From the NCBI GenBank assembly GCA_964016885.1, contig OZ024740.1, forward strand, positions 200,694,001 to 200,758,000: 64,000 nt of DNA, read 5' to 3'. Positions within the stretch are counted from its first letter, which is position 1, and the number at the start of each line of letters is the position of its first letter. Shown here one piece after another: positions 23,858-43,444 of this stretch. The DNA comes from Eledone cirrhosa. Lineage: Eukaryota. The notes beneath the pieces are model-generated. The model did no database searches. It was not told the DNA's origin and saw only the letters and a program-made list of their open reading frames with translations. A program made the position numbers and the translations under genes.

Positions 23858-25690
23858 ATGGATGTCTCAGAGTCACTCCTTCCTCACACTCTAACACCTC
23901 ACACCGACACCACCATTGTAAATATTGCTACGTTTGCCAACACTGGAAATGTAAGCAGTACCAATATTTTAAATTTGTCTCAGGCAGACGTTCATTTCCC
24001 GCCATTACCAATGACTGCAGGTGTAAAGCCACCACCACCACCGCGACAACCACCACCCCCACCACCACCGTAGCGACAACAGAAACAAAACAAAAAAATA
24101 AATTATCTCGTGATATCGAAATGAATTCAACCAAAATGAACTCTTCCACACCGAACACCACTGACGCCACCACCACTACAACTGAAACTAAAATTAACAA
24201 TAGCAAAAATAACGATAACAACAACAGCAACAATGAAATTAAGAAAACTACCCTGTGTTTGCCAGAGTAGCAAAAACGTGCGAAGCGATCCCGGTAACTC
24301 AGGAGGAATTAGAAGAAGCCAAAGGAATTGTAAAGAAAGATGGGTACAGGGTCAGCCCCCCCCCCACACACACACCTAATGAAATGGAGCAGCGTCGCCT
24401 ATGCACCGTGTCTTATTGGACAATTAACATAAAATCGCGCCGAGTGGAACGGGCATCCGAGTCCCAAATCCAAAAAGCTTTGGGACATGTGTGGGCAAAA
24501 AAAACCCACATCAGACGTGGGCAGACGTATGGAACCGTGGACGTGTTCTTTGAAACACCACAGGAGGCCAGAGAACACTCCATGGCCCCATTAAGAAGTG
24601 ACGACTTCACACTCGTCCCAAGCAATTGTGGCCAGAGACTTGTGAAGATCAGGGTGACCCACGTTCCACCGGCCATCGAAATTCCCTGGCTAATGGCTGC
24701 CGTCCTAGCCGGCATCGAGGCCAATACCAAAATAATAGAAATAGCAAAAGAAAAGCAGGAGAACTAGTCCGGATCTGGGATGGAGCTCCTGATCCAAGCG
24801 GACCATAAAAGCATTGAGGAGATCCCAGATGTAATAGACCTCATTGACGGCAGCCACCTCACCGTAATCTTCGAGGGCAGAAGACCTAGTTGTGTCGTTT
24901 GTGGTGAAGGAACCCACCTGTAGCAGCAACAACAGAAGCAACTGTAACAGCAACAACACCAGCAACAGTAGCAAAACCAACACACCACCACCCAACGCGT
25001 CAGAACTAGCACCAGTGCCTACACCATCCACCACGCCACAACCAAAACCAACGCCTGTGGAGGATTTTCCACTCCACGGCTTATCGCAACTGGAGACAGA
25101 TTGGGACGACAAGGAGTGGCAAACGGTATCAGGAAAAAAAAAAAAGAAACGAGAAAAGAAAAAAATCTCTCCCTTCCCCCTCCAAAAACAAAATACAGAG
25201 GGAAACAAATAAATTGACAAACAAAGAAGTTAGGACAGATATGCCACCATCCACACCAGCATCACTAACCCCATCACCACAAACACCAACACCATCACCA
25301 TCATTAACCCCAACACCACCATCACCAACACCACAAAAATCACCAAAAAGCGTAACAGAAACAAACCCACAACAAACGCAAACAAAACAAAGCAACCAAA
25401 ACGATACACACTACACAGCATTAAATTTGAACAACAACCAATTATTACACTACATGCAACACAACACCAGCATCACAGAAAAAGACTACACAACAACCCA
25501 AAAGTTCACACGACCTCCACACATACAAATCACTCGCAACACACAGAAAACGTACACGACACTAAAACAAAAATTCCCCAAAGACATCTGAGACTTCCGA
25601 CAAACACTCTCCAGGAGGATTTATGAGGACATCCTTCTGGAGGAGGCCACAAGCAGTGGAGAAACCATCCTTCCTATATGAGAAGTAAGC
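23858..25690 (+). pseudogene. ORF1 gag-like, frameshifted
   Basis: Low-identity match to copy 1 ORF1 (IRRGQTYG vs IQKGKLFG; KIRVTHVPP vs KIKVTNITP). The knuckle start EGRRPSCVVCGEGTHL at about 24870-24920 is truncated. Confidence 0.7.
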
Positions 25691-25727
25691 TAAGTGGTCT
25701 TTCCCATCTTTTCCACTCCATTTCAAC

Positions 25728-28700
25728 ATGACATCTCTCAGAATAGGCAGCATAAATGCGCGTGGCTTGGGGTCGTCATGGAAGCAGGGCCACCTGCTCA
25801 ACGACCTCAGGTCACTAAACATAGATGTAGTGGCCATCAACGAGACTAGAATCTCCGAAGCACGGGCCTTCGCACCGATCTTCGGTGGCTACGATGTGTA
25901 CGCATCTCCCAGCCGTCCGGGATCGGGGGGAAGGAGTTGCTGTGCTTTTTCGGAGAGGTTTGTATCTCGCTAAACGGGCCATCTTCCTGGACCCAGAAGG
26001 TAAGTTGGTGGTGCTAGACGTGACCCACGGAGACGGGAAAGCTTTCGGGCTAGTGGCCGTCTATGCCCCGGCGTCTGTAGACCTTTCTTGGACGTCCCGC
26101 TCTTTAGTGTTAGTGGGCGACTGGAACGGGATCTTAGATGCACGCCGGGACTGTGTGGGATTAGCGGATAGGGGAGGAGGGTGCAAGAGCCTTACCAACC
26201 TGCTCAGGCGTTTTGAACTGTCTGACAGGTAACGATTAGATTTCCTGAATGTGCCAATGTGGACTTGGTCAAATCGCATAGGGTCATCCAGATCATATCT
26301 AGATAGAGTAGTTTGTAGAGAAATAGATAAGTCTAGCATAGGCTGTCCACAATTCAAGATAGTCAGCTACACGGACCACAAATTCGTGATCTGTGTGCTT
26401 GACTTAGATAGGCTTCATAGACGGGGACCTGGCTACTGGAAGCTAAACGCGTCCTTACAAGCGCGCAAGGCCTACAGAGACCGGATTAGCGAACTAGTTA
26501 AGCGGGCGTTGACGGGGGCCATCGTCAACAACAAGTGGTGGTTTTCTTTGAAAAGAGCGATTAGAATAGAATCCATTAGGTTTAGTAAGGCTTTAGCAAT
26601 AGAGAAAAATAGAGCAGAGAGAGAACTAGTTAGAAAATTAGACGAGACGCTTAGCAAAGGCGACCGACGTTCTTGCGGCGAAATTGGCCCTTGACCAATT
26701 CTTCAATGCAAAGCACGAAGGCTGCGTTGTCAGAGCAAGGGTGCGTGCTCTCAGACACGAGGGGACGAAAGCCGGTCAATGGGCCCGAGTAGCGGAGGCG
26801 CGTCGTGGCAACAAAGCCACGATCTGGTCTTTGGTGGACCACGACGGGCGCATGCTATTCGATCCCGGGAAAATGTGTGAAGCTTTTCAGCGACACTTCG
26901 CTCAGCTGTTCGGGGGCAGCGGTGGGCCGGGTCGAGGGATGGACTTTAGTGTCTACCTCGACGGACTGCCGCGGCTCTCGGCCACTGAGGCGAAGTGTTG
27001 CGAAAAGCCGATAACAGCCGCTGAAGTAAGGGAGGGAATGACTGGCTGCACAAGGGGTAAATCGCCTGGTTTGGATAGTCTGCCCTATGAACTTTACGTA
27101 CAGATGCCAGACTTGTTCGGAGGCCTCTTGGCGGACGTCTACTGCAACTGGCAACAGAACGGGAGAATTCCCAGTTCTGTGAGCCGAGGACCGGTGGCAC
27201 TGCTGAGAAAGGATCCGAACAAGGGGGATAACATAGCTAATTTCCGGCCCATAACTCTGCTAAACACAGAATTCAAGATTTTGGCCAACGTGCTAGCAAA
27301 GAGGTTGGCGCTTGTCGTTGGTGGTCTGGTGGGAGAGGCGCAGACATGCGCCATTCCCGACAGATCCATCCACGACAACCTCCACCTCATGCGATACATC
27401 GTAGAGAGGGTAGCTAGGGAACCTGGCACGGGTCGGTCCTTGATCAATTTAGATCAGTCGAAAGCTTTCGATAGGGTCGACCATCGTTACCTAGCGGCAT
27501 TCCTGAGGGCGGCTGGCTTTGGGCTCGTCTTCAGAGGCTGGATCGCTGCCATGCACAGCGACATCTGCTCTGTGGTGAGAGTGAACGATCACCTGTCGGA
27601 ACCGTTCAACATCATGCGCTTGGTCCGCCAAGGATGTCCCCTCTCGTCCCTCTTGTACGTATTGACTCTCGAGCCATTACTGCACAAACTGGAGACGTTG
27701 AGGGGCGTCCCGCGCGATCTAGGATGCGGAAGATCCGTGTCAGCATATGCGGACGGTGTCACCGTAGTGGTGTCGAACGCCAAACACATCGAGGCGATCG
27801 GCACTACACTAAGAGAATACGAAGCGGTGACAGGAGCAATGATCAACCAGGAAAAGTCAGTGGGCCTGCAGCTCGGCACCTGGAGAGGCAGGTCCATGCC
27901 GTCCAACAGCGTCGTCGGACGCTGGACGGACGGACCGATTAAATTGCTAGGGGTTTGGTTCGGTCCGGACCTCCAGACGGACAAAAACTGGGACGAGGTT
28001 ACGAGCAGGGTGGCTTCTCTCACCCAGAAATGGGCGGAGAGGAAGCTATCCCTGAAAGGTCGAGCGGAGGTGGCTAACGCGTACATCGCGTCTGTCATCT
28101 GCTACCGCCTGACCGTCGTACCTTGTCCTAAGCCTCGCCTGACTGCGCTGGAGCGTTTGCTCTTTCGCTTTTTGTGGAAGGGACGCGCTCCGATGGTCAG
28201 GCGGTCCATCTGTTGTCAACACCCGCTACGTGGAAGGCTGGGCATGCCGTGGCTGATGATGCGCAGGCACGCGCTCAGGCTACGACATCTCCACCTCTTC
28301 CTCGACGGTGATCAGGTGTGGTCGCCGTTTGCTAGACACGTATTTCCCCAGCTCCTTTTCTTGACGGAGCTGCAGTCCTGGGTCAAGCGAAGACCGAGAG
28401 GGAGCGCCTGGAGACTGGAATGTCTTCACGCGCTCACAGCCCTCGACCTATCGGGTAATGTGATCGGTGGAAACTCCACCTCGGCGTTCTATAGAGGATT
28501 AGTGGAGGGGAAGAGCGACGACGTACTTGGGGAAACTCTAGGCGTCGACGAAAATCAACTAGCCAATCTCTTCGGAAGAACTTTCGGGCCAGGGCCTATG
28601 GACAACTTCCAGAAATATCTGGCCTGGCAGTGCTACCGAGGAGCCTTGCCAGTTCGGGATAAACTCTACAGGCATGGAGGTGCCGTCAGCCGGGCATGTC

Positions 28701-29113
28701 CGAGATGCGCGCAAGGCGACGAAACCGTCCTGCACGCACTCGTCCAGTGTCCGAAAATTGCTGACTTGTGGGTTTATGTCGAACACCTGCTGTCGCGTTT
28801 AGGACGGATCCGGCTATCATCTGAGTCCATCGTGAGGATTGCCCCGCCCTCCTCCTTTAGCCGGGAAGGGCAGGCAGTTTTTATCTGCCTGGTGGCCATG
28901 GCGAAAGAGATAGTATGGTGGACACGTTTGAAAGGGCTGAAGACGAGCACTTACCTCTTCGGTGATGCTCTGATTGACTTTTTCAAATTTCATTTGAAAA
29001 GGAAAATCAGAGTAGAGAGGGAAGTGCTCTCTTCCCAGCATTTTGTTGAAAGATGGGTGAGAGAAGCAAGAATGGCCCGAGTGAATGGGCCTACTCTGAG
29101 TATATATCTGTAA
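25728..29113 (+). pseudogene. ORF2 APE endonuclease-RT-CCHC. The 809-aa tail is open but catalytic YADD reads YADG.
   Basis: SINARGL, VAINETR, GDWN, YLDR and TDHK; RT motifs; CPRC..ETVLHALVQC. The APE part has a frameshift and a stop. Confidence 0.95.
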
Positions 29114-29455
29114 ATTAAAGGTGGAAAACCGGGAGAGGGCACTTGCTTTGGTGATCAGGATCATTGTGGCCTTTTACTGGACTTTCTCCACAAATGTCCC
29201 TCGGAAGTCTCCCCCCTATTGGGGAATTTTTCATTGTTATTTTTTGTTACATCCTCTGTTTTTGTTTTTTACACGCAGAAATGCCCATTTGTACCGTCCT
29301 GTATTGTCCTGCACTGTCCTTAATGTCTACTTTATGTAAACCCTTGTGGTTAATAAAGAAATCATTATTATTATTATTATTATTATCATCATCATCATCA
29401 TCATCATTAACATATTCATATTCTTCTTCTTTATTATTATTATTAACTTTAAATA

Positions 29456-29648
29456 GGGCGGTGAATTGGCAGTATCGGTAGAGGGTCGGACGCCATGCTT
29501 TCCAGCATAGTTACGTCCCTTTACGATCTGAGTTCAATTCGCGCCGAGGTTAACTTTACCTTTCCTCCTTACGGGGTCGATAACATAAAGAATCAGTAAT
29601 GTACTGGGATAATTGCTGGCCTTGTGCCAAAAGTAGGAACAATTATTA
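29456..29648 (+). mobile_element. SINE family 1
   Basis: Full head gggcggtgaattggcagtatcggtagag, with tattaactttaaatagg repeated on both sides (TSD-like). Confidence 0.88.
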
Positions 29649-29654
29649 ACTTTA

Positions 29655-30262
29655 AATAGGAAGTGGTGGGTGTTTTAAAGAGGAACATTAGTGCAGTATC
29701 GCTGAGTTTCAGCAATAAGATAGCAATGGTCCTCAGAAGAAGTGCAATTGACGAGGTAACGGTGAAAGGGGCACCCGACATTTTGCCAAACATTTTGCGA
29801 AGAGCGTCTGACTGTAGTCGGTAGGCTCCGATGGCTATCTCAAAAGCCACCCGCATCTCGCAAGTTGAGAGGTGAAATGCTGCGAAAAACGGATCTCAGC
29901 GGATGAAGTAGTGAATGTGTTTATCAGGGATAAATCACCGAGATCTGAGGTCTGACATAAGAATTCTATTTCTACATAGCATAGTAGTTCCCTACTTTCT
30001 TGGCACTTTTCTAAGGCAATTGGTTGTATTCCCAGTCGCATGAACCGGGAAATTGTTACAGCGCTTAAAATGGACTCGAACAAGTGGTGGTTGATAGAAA
30101 ACTTTAGACATGTTACCATAGTGAACACATGGGGGGGGGTTTGGCAAATGTACTCGCCATTATGGTGGTGCTTGTCATTGGTTGTGTAGTGGAGGAAACA
30201 CAAAACTGTGTGGTTCCTGGCAGATCTAATCAAGTCAAACTCCAGTGCATATGATAGATCGC
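29655..30262 (+). pseudogene. Old Tx1 ORF2 fragment
   Basis: Manual translation: RHFAKHF..PHLAS*EVKCCEKRISADEV..KSP..IENFRHVTIVN..LANVLA..EETQNCVVPGRS, colinear with copy 2 ORF2. Confidence 0.75.
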
Positions 30263-30264
30263 AG

Positions 30265-30502
30265 TTCGTAAAGGGACGTAACTATGCTGGAAAGCATGGC
30301 GTCCAACCCTCCACCGATACTTTGGCAGTATTGGTAGAGGGTCGGACGCCATACTTTGACGTATAGAGTTACGGCCCTGGCCATTCTGAGTTCAAACCCC
30401 GCCAAGGTTAACTTTGCCTTTCATCCTTACGGGGTCGATAAAATAAAGTACCAGTAATGCACTGGGTAATTGATGGCCTTGTGCCTAACGTAGAAACAAT
30501 TA
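30265..30502 (+). mobile_element. SINE family 1 (30322-30502, +) with a head-to-head inverted partial copy (30265-30321, -)
   Basis: Family consensus match on both strands. Confidence 0.82.
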
Positions 30503-30536
30503 TATGTATTATACATATAATCATTATATATATATA

Positions 30537-30594
<58 letters not shown>

Positions 30595-30599
<5 letters not shown>

Positions 30600-30765
30600 A
30601 ACCAGTAAGACCCCGACAGCTGAGCTCAAGCCGTTTCGACGGCTAATTCTGGACTGAGCTCAGCTGTCGGGGTCTTACTGGTTCCTATTACCCACTCTAC
30701 TACCTCAAGTATTGAGTACTTTGGTGCGTTATGGTCCACCTGGTTCCTTACCACATTTCCTTCGT

Positions 30766-30766
<1 letters not shown>
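30595..30766 (+). mobile_element. Fold-back element family C, copy 2 (opposite orientation, centre deleted)
   Basis: Reverse complement of 6394-6618. The deletion is bounded by tgagctca repeats. TA-flanked. Confidence 0.78.
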
Positions 30767-30808
<42 letters not shown>

Positions 30809-31204
30809 ATCAATAAATACATAAATATTCTCAACCGGCATACCGCCTATGGAGGCAATTTTCTGGCAACCATACAACTATATATATATATCTGTGTGTG
30901 TTTGTGTGTGCGTGTGTGTTATATGTGTGTTTATATATACGTGTTGTCTGCAATTATGCATACATTTGTATCTTTGAATGTAAAAGCATTATGTGTCTAT
31001 AATGAATTAATGGTATGTGTCATGGAGACCAGGTTGCGATCTTTCTGAGGTAATGAAATGACAACTGTTCCTTAATGCAAATGTATTAAATCAAAAAAAT
31101 GCTGACTTTTAAATGGCGTGACAACATCCAAATCAATTTCTAGTTTCTTGACAGGTTTACAGTGGAAAACGATGGCCAAATGCCTGAAGAGTGACACGTA
31201 GAAA

Positions 31205-31215
31205 TACACACACTG

Positions 31216-31294
<79 letters not shown>

Positions 31295-31770
31295 ATGTAT
31301 ATATATATACATATATATATACATATATACGCATACAAACATATATATATATATAGAGAGAGGGAGAGAAAGAGAGATGGACAGAGAGACTGAGAGAGAA
31401 AGATTGAGAGAGAGAGAGAGAAACTAAATAATAAACGTCCTTCTTAATACTTTGTGATGTGATATATCGGATATAAAATGTAACATAGTAGGAGAAGATA
31501 AGATTGAAAGAATGTAGAGCGATGAGACAGATAGAAATCATAAGATATCTAGGTTTATCGCCATTTTTCAAGTTGCTTTACTGATTTCACCTCCATGCCA
31601 AGAAATACTGAGCGGATATTATAAAGAAAAATCTCCAACATTCTGGTATTCTAGCGAAACGTCACAACAGTCCCTCTTGAAACATTATCACATATCTGAG
31701 TATGTATGGACGCACACACACACAAATAAACACACACACACACAGATACATATATGGTTTCATATGTGTG

Positions 31771-31803
<33 letters not shown>

Positions 31804-31871
31804 ATACAGACAGTCAAACAGGAACAGAAACACATATAAACAGACACTCGAAGTCACATACGCACACACAT

Positions 31872-31906
<35 letters not shown>

Positions 31907-32056
31907 AGAATATAAAAAACAACAACAACGCAGGAGTACAAAACACACACACTTACACACATACACCCATATGCAATGCGTACACTCACACATACGGAGA
32001 TATGTACACACATATATATATATATGCATATATATATATATGTGTATGTGTGTGTG

Positions 32057-32120
<64 letters not shown>
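31205..32120. repeat. Mixed (TA)n/(TG)n/(GA)n microsatellite region
   Basis: Direct reading. Confidence 0.85.
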
Positions 32121-32895
32121 ATTACAAAATACAAAGGAAACTCCCAAAATATATAACAAAGAAAAATAACAAATATAACATCGGAATTGAGATAAAATAT
32201 AAAAGAACTAAAATAATGTGAAGAAAAAATCCATTTGTGAGGATATCATCAATAAAGATATGATTTAAGAGGAATATTTTTAAAGATGGAAATAGTTGCT
32301 TTAGATAACGGTAAAAATATGATCTGGGCCGTTACTTATATCATCAACAATACCTATGATAAGCTAGGAAATATGTTATCAATGCGGATTTAATAACAAA
32401 ACGCCATTCTATTTTCATTTGAGTTATTTTCCTCACTAAACTTTCTCTCTACTTAACAGAAGCTATCAATCTCTGTGTATACTGCTAAAGCCAGTAGATC
32501 TTCCTGAATACCAGCTTTCTAGTTATTATCAACAGGCAAATATATTGGAGTATGGTAGGCCTCATAGATTATCTTTAGGAATTATCTTTACGGAAAAAAG
32601 AAAGCTAAGAAAAAAATGCATTTTTATTACATTTACATCCTGGCGCCATGCTGCAAATATTGAATGTCAATTAAATTTATTTAAACTTTATCATAATACA
32701 GAGCAATGTTACTATAACCCTGTTTCACAGTCTCTATCTAACTTTCATATTAGGTTTATAATATTAAGGTTTTTGTCAAAATCAATGTTATAAAAAATGT
32801 ATCCGTAACCTTCATTCCTCCCCTAAAAAAGAAACAAAGATATCGATGATGTCAACCTGGATTTTTTCTTTATTCCTGCTTACTTTTGGAGCTGG

Positions 32896-33245
32896 GAGCG
32901 CAGCATGGCTGTATGGTTAAATTCACTTCACAATCATTAGTACCCGGGTTAGATTTCACTGTGTGTCATTTTAGGTAAGTGTCATTTACTATAACCCCAG
33001 GTCATGTTATGCTATGTGAGTGAAATAGTTGAGAGGGAAACTGGAATCCCTTCAGATGAACTGTACCGCACGTTAATGGTCCAACATTGTCATACGATAT
33101 GTCACACTGAATCTACATGAGAATAAACTTAGATATACACGTTTAGGTGGACTACTTTGTCAATTACAATCTAATGTCATAAGCAGGTGGTACACTTGAT
33201 AGAACACCTGGAACACTCATCGTCGAAACAAATTGAGGCCCATTC
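32896..33245 (+). mobile_element. Old SINE with CORE-like centre
   Basis: gcagcatggctgtatggttaa head and ttaggtaagtgtcatttactata..gggaaactg, similar to 9445-9600. Confidence 0.5.
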
Positions 33246-34129
33246 CAAGCGTGGAGAAAAAGACAGTACCCATATCACTTTAGAGGGTTTCCCAAACTCT
33301 TTTGTAGGAAGTAAGAATGTATCCTCTAACCAGAAACCTTACCCGAATGTTCGCTATCAGTAGAACCCAGTAAAATCATCCAAATGTTAAACCATGTGAC
33401 GCATATTTCTTAAATAGGCCACAGCAGTAAGTTCTACGTTCTATTGACCAGGATAAATTCTAAAACATAGTAACTATATATCAATTCTAATGTGTTCAGT
33501 AATAGCCCTAAAACTCGGCCTGGCTTTACCTCGTCATTTGGTGTATAGGTAGATTCAGTGGAGTTCATTCCATTGCAATCAGACTAGACACATAATTCCC
33601 TCTATTCCAACAATATCCCTGTGAAGACCGAATTGCAAATGTTCTGAATTGTATCAACCGCATTACTAATCCCTAGACAAGGAAGGCCTGTAGCGGACGA
33701 ATGTAGGTCTTTCTTTCTCTAACAAATTTATAGAAAACCACCGTATTGCACTAAAGACATTCAGAAACGCATGAAAGCCTCACAACCCCTTACCCTTAAT
33801 TGTTCGTGATTGAGATAACGGTGAGAAACAATCGAGAATTTATAATCACTCAAAAAACATCAAAACTAATATGCTTTATTTCACAATACAAAAAGGTATT
33901 ATATTTATGTAGTTCTATTCAGTATATAGAGAACATCATTCGGATTCCTTCCTTTCTTTCTTTCTTTATTCTTTCCTTCATCCATTCCTTCAATCATTTT
34001 ATTTCGTTATAATAACATTAAGAGACATAGGTTAAAGGAATATCTATAAAGAACATTGACAACACAATCACATACTTTGACAAACAATAGCTCCTTATTT
34101 AACAGAAGTTAAACATTCTATTTTTGTAG

Positions 34130-34338
34130 TAGAATATTCAGTTGTGGCAGTGGTTGTGGCAGTGGTTGGGCAGATTTGTTTAGTGGTCGTGTATGCGGTG
34201 GTGGTCATGATGGTAATGGGGTCTTTAGTGTTATTGTGGTTGTTGAGGTGGTGAGGGAAGGGGGGTGGGTGTTGGTGGTGCTGGTGTATGGTGTATGTGA
34301 TGGTGACAGTCATGGTAATGGTGTCTTTAGTATTAACG

Positions 34339-34397
<59 letters not shown>

Positions 34398-34430
34398 CTT
34401 GGTGGTGGTGGTGGTGGTGGTGGTGGTCTG
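34130..34430. repeat. (GTT)n/(GGT)n low-complexity tract with an internal duplication
   Basis: gtcatgatggtaatggggtctttagtgtta is repeated imperfectly at about 34204 and 34305. Confidence 0.75.
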
Positions 34431-34718
34431 TTCTGTTATGTATACGGTTGGGCTGAATGGGGCTGGTTGTTGTGTTTGTTTGGTTGGACTGAGAGCTAGA
34501 ATCACAGAATCAATGGTTAATAGAGATAGAGATGTTCTTCATATCTCTCTCATCTTTTAGACTCCTCAACGAAGTACACACATACACATATACAAATATA
34601 TAAAAATTCATATAAAAATATATATGTGTGTGTGTGGTTTGTGTGTGGCTGTGTGTATGTATATATATGTATATATATATATGTCTGTTTGTGTATGCGT
34701 ATGTATATATATATATAT

Positions 34719-35150
34719 AATAAGGAGTTGACTACCCAGTATATTTATCAATGCCAGGACCGATTGTATCTCAGCGTACTCAATAAGCAATGTAAGATAC
34801 ATTCCCAGACTATACACATAGGTATTCGCTTCAATACAACACACGTAAAACGGGTGCCTATAATAGTTTCTGGACTTGAGTTTCGGCCGCAGTTTATGCA
34901 GCAGTAACCTACACTGCACCATCCGTCTGCATATATTATGCAACAATAAATAATCGGCGTATGCGGCTTCATCAGCGGGTATCGCTTAATCAATAACCAA
35001 TCGATCGACAGAATCCAAACCCCAGCCAATGCCAGCCATGACTATTTGTGACAGCCGACACGGTAAAGCGATTAGCAACTGGAACCCGATACAATTCTGT
35101 CTCTCGACTGGCCACCGATTTACAAACTTTACGTGGTGGCGGGAGAATAG
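34719..35150 (-). mobile_element. HHR-bearing element family A, copy 2
   Basis: Colinear with 5300-5754 and starts at (TA)n. Confidence 0.78.
34869..34979 (-). ncRNA. Type I hammerhead ribozyme with long stem II (stem I decayed)
   Basis: Minus strand: CCCG CUGAUGA A GCCGCA..[about 70 nt]..UGCGGC C GAAAC UCAA GUC^ CAGA. Confidence 0.72.
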
Positions 35151-35404
35151 AAAACAAATCTTTTCTTTCCCGTCAAAAGCAGTGAGCCAACGTGTCTCAC
35201 AGACAAATTAATAAGAGGTGAAAAGATGGTTGTTAGGTAATTTCGAAGGAAAAGTAAAGGAAAAATAAGTGCTCTATGTATAAAACAGAGCTATATAATT
35301 AGAAAGTGAACATCTCTGCCTGATGACCGATCCAGACGTATATTATTATTGTCTGGCACCTTTGGTAATGGGGTAGTTATAGCTTGTGTTGTTCATCTTC
35401 TAAT

Positions 35405-35463
<59 letters not shown>

Positions 35464-35470
35464 GTATATG

Positions 35471-35516
<46 letters not shown>

Positions 35517-35520
<4 letters not shown>

Positions 35521-36142
35521 GTATAGGATTATCCAAGATGTAGTAATGGTTAATTACTACACTGGATATGGTTGACGTACGGTAAGAGGTTACTCTACGA
35601 GTTATGGAAGAATTGTTCAAGAAACTTAGTTCCTGATCCTTCAGTATTCCGGAGTGTATATAAAGAATGAATAATAACAGGTAGACATCATAAAAAGGTA
35701 ATTTATTCCGTGTGCTTACAAGTGTTTCCACGGTGGTACTGCAGCCTAGTTATGCTACGTGCAAATTCACAAGTACTTGCAGAACTCAAATATCCAATTC
35801 TGTGACCACTGTTTCCTCAGAGCAGAATGGTAAAATGTACAATGTAAATACCCTTAAGTGGGGTTGTTGGGGAAGATAGAGTAGAAAGGGAAGAGAGAAA
35901 AGTAGAGAAGAGGGAGAGAGAAAGAAAGATATGCAGGGGTTGGAGAAGTAGGAGAGAGTGGCTTGTAGATATCTTAATCAAAATGTTATGGTAGGGGTTT
36001 TATTATACTGGTTACTTTTGGACAGATGCGTTGATAGTTAAGGTCGGAATTATTTATTGCCCCAGAGGGCAGGTTCATAGATGTTGAGAGGGAGGTAGGC
36101 TAAAGGTGAGACAGAGAGAGTGTAATGGATGTAGAGAGAGAT

Positions 36143-36195
<53 letters not shown>

Positions 36196-36315
36196 GTATA
36201 GGATAATCCAAGATGTAGTAATGGTTAATTACTACACTGGATATGGTTGACGTTACGGTAAGACATATCCAGTGTAGTAATTAACCATTACTACATCTTG
36301 GATAATCCTATACCT

Positions 36316-36387
<72 letters not shown>

Positions 36388-36463
36388 CCTATCTCTCTCT
36401 ACATCCATTACACTCTCTCTCTCTCTCACCTTTAGCCTACCTCCCTCTCAACATCTATGAACC
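35517..36463 (-). mobile_element. PLE-like pseudo-LTR family F with HHR, tandem partial repeat and terminal palindrome
   Basis: 35517-35588 is repeated at 36192-36262. Palindrome 36072-36463. All junctions lie at (TA)n. Confidence 0.72.
35713..35824 (-). ncRNA. Type I hammerhead ribozyme with long stem II
   Basis: Minus strand: UGCU CUGAGGA A ACAGUGGU..[about 67 nt]..ACCACCGU G GAAAC ACUU GUA^ AGCA. Confidence 0.72.
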
Positions 36464-42425
<5,962 letters not shown>

Positions 42426-42729
42426 ATGAACAAATAGTGAGAGGAAAAGATTTTTTCAGTATAATATCAAAACATTTATTTAAAGTGGATATTTCCGCAT
42501 TTAAGAATACCAGTTTCAGCATTATATGCTTTTTCATTGCGGATATGCATAATGTAGTTATGTTGCATATTTATACGAATAATAAAAGGGAGACAAATTA
42601 TTAGTTTTACATACATATTTAGAGAGGAAAGCTCATATCTCGGTCCGTGTTTGTTCTCTGTTTGTTGACAGATAGTAGTAGTTTCTATATATATAAATAT
42701 ATATATATATATATAAATATTATATATAT

Positions 42730-42972
42730 CGTTTCTGAATTGTGGTTAGCAAGATTCTTTATCTGAAAACGTGTGTTGAAACCGATATTGTTATACTTTG
42801 GGAGGGTCATCTGGCCTATAAGAAACACACGCACCACATGATTTCACTTCAATTTATTATAATAAATTTATAAATTTAGGAATTTATAAATTTATTATAA
42901 TAAATTGAAGTGAAACCAACTGGTGCGTGTGATTCTTATTGGAACAACATGACCCTCCCAAAGTATAACAAT
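42730..42972. mobile_element. Fold-back (palindromic) element family E, TA-flanked
   Basis: Arms at about 42785-42878 and 42882-42972 plus an unpaired tail of about 55 bp. Related sequences at 7878-7960, 61461-61725 and 62057-62457. Confidence 0.78.
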
Positions 42973-43070
42973 ATATATATATATTATATATATATATATT
43001 AGTAATACTAATAAATTTGAAGACTAAAATCCAAAGCGATTCTTTGCTTAAACTTTAATCTGTTATTTTA

Positions 43071-43074
<4 letters not shown>

Positions 43075-43111
<37 letters not shown>

Positions 43112-43135
43112 AATACATATATACATAAATACATA

Positions 43136-43172
<37 letters not shown>

Positions 43173-43176
43173 GCAA

Positions 43177-43240
<64 letters not shown>
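43075..43240. repeat. (TA)n/(CA)n microsatellite
   Basis: Direct reading. Confidence 0.95.
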
Positions 43241-43243
<3 letters not shown>

Positions 43244-43444
43244 TCATGATGACTACAACTCGATTTCGAATAATGCCATCGCTTCATACTTAAGCATGAG
43301 CATCATGAATGTGGTTTTTTGTCCTGCCATGGACTTACCTATGGCGTGCAATGCCATGCATTGCAAACAATGTCACTTATCACTCTCAGAACATCAAATG
43401 CATTTACGCAAAAAAGTAGAACTGGTCTACATTATTGGATGCAA

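Larger units (their letters stand above)
23655..29410 (+). mobile_element. Tx1/L1-clade non-LTR retrotransposon, full-length copy 2 (inactive)
   Basis: 5'UTR, fragmented ORF1, ORF2, 3'UTR with aataaa at about 29352, and a (TTA)n/(TCA)n tail. Confidence 0.93.

Noticed and set aside
32250-33780. Possible ancient CR1/L2 RT traces
   Set aside because: Only faint motif resemblance, with no translatable stretch to support a call.
35320-35370. Plus-strand CTGATGA followed by a hairpin
   Set aside because: No GAAA or NUH downstream.
42505-42545. Minus-strand HHR-like AGCAU-AUA-AUGCU GAAAC UG GUA
   Set aside because: The CUGANGA box is degenerate and there is no adjacent stem I.
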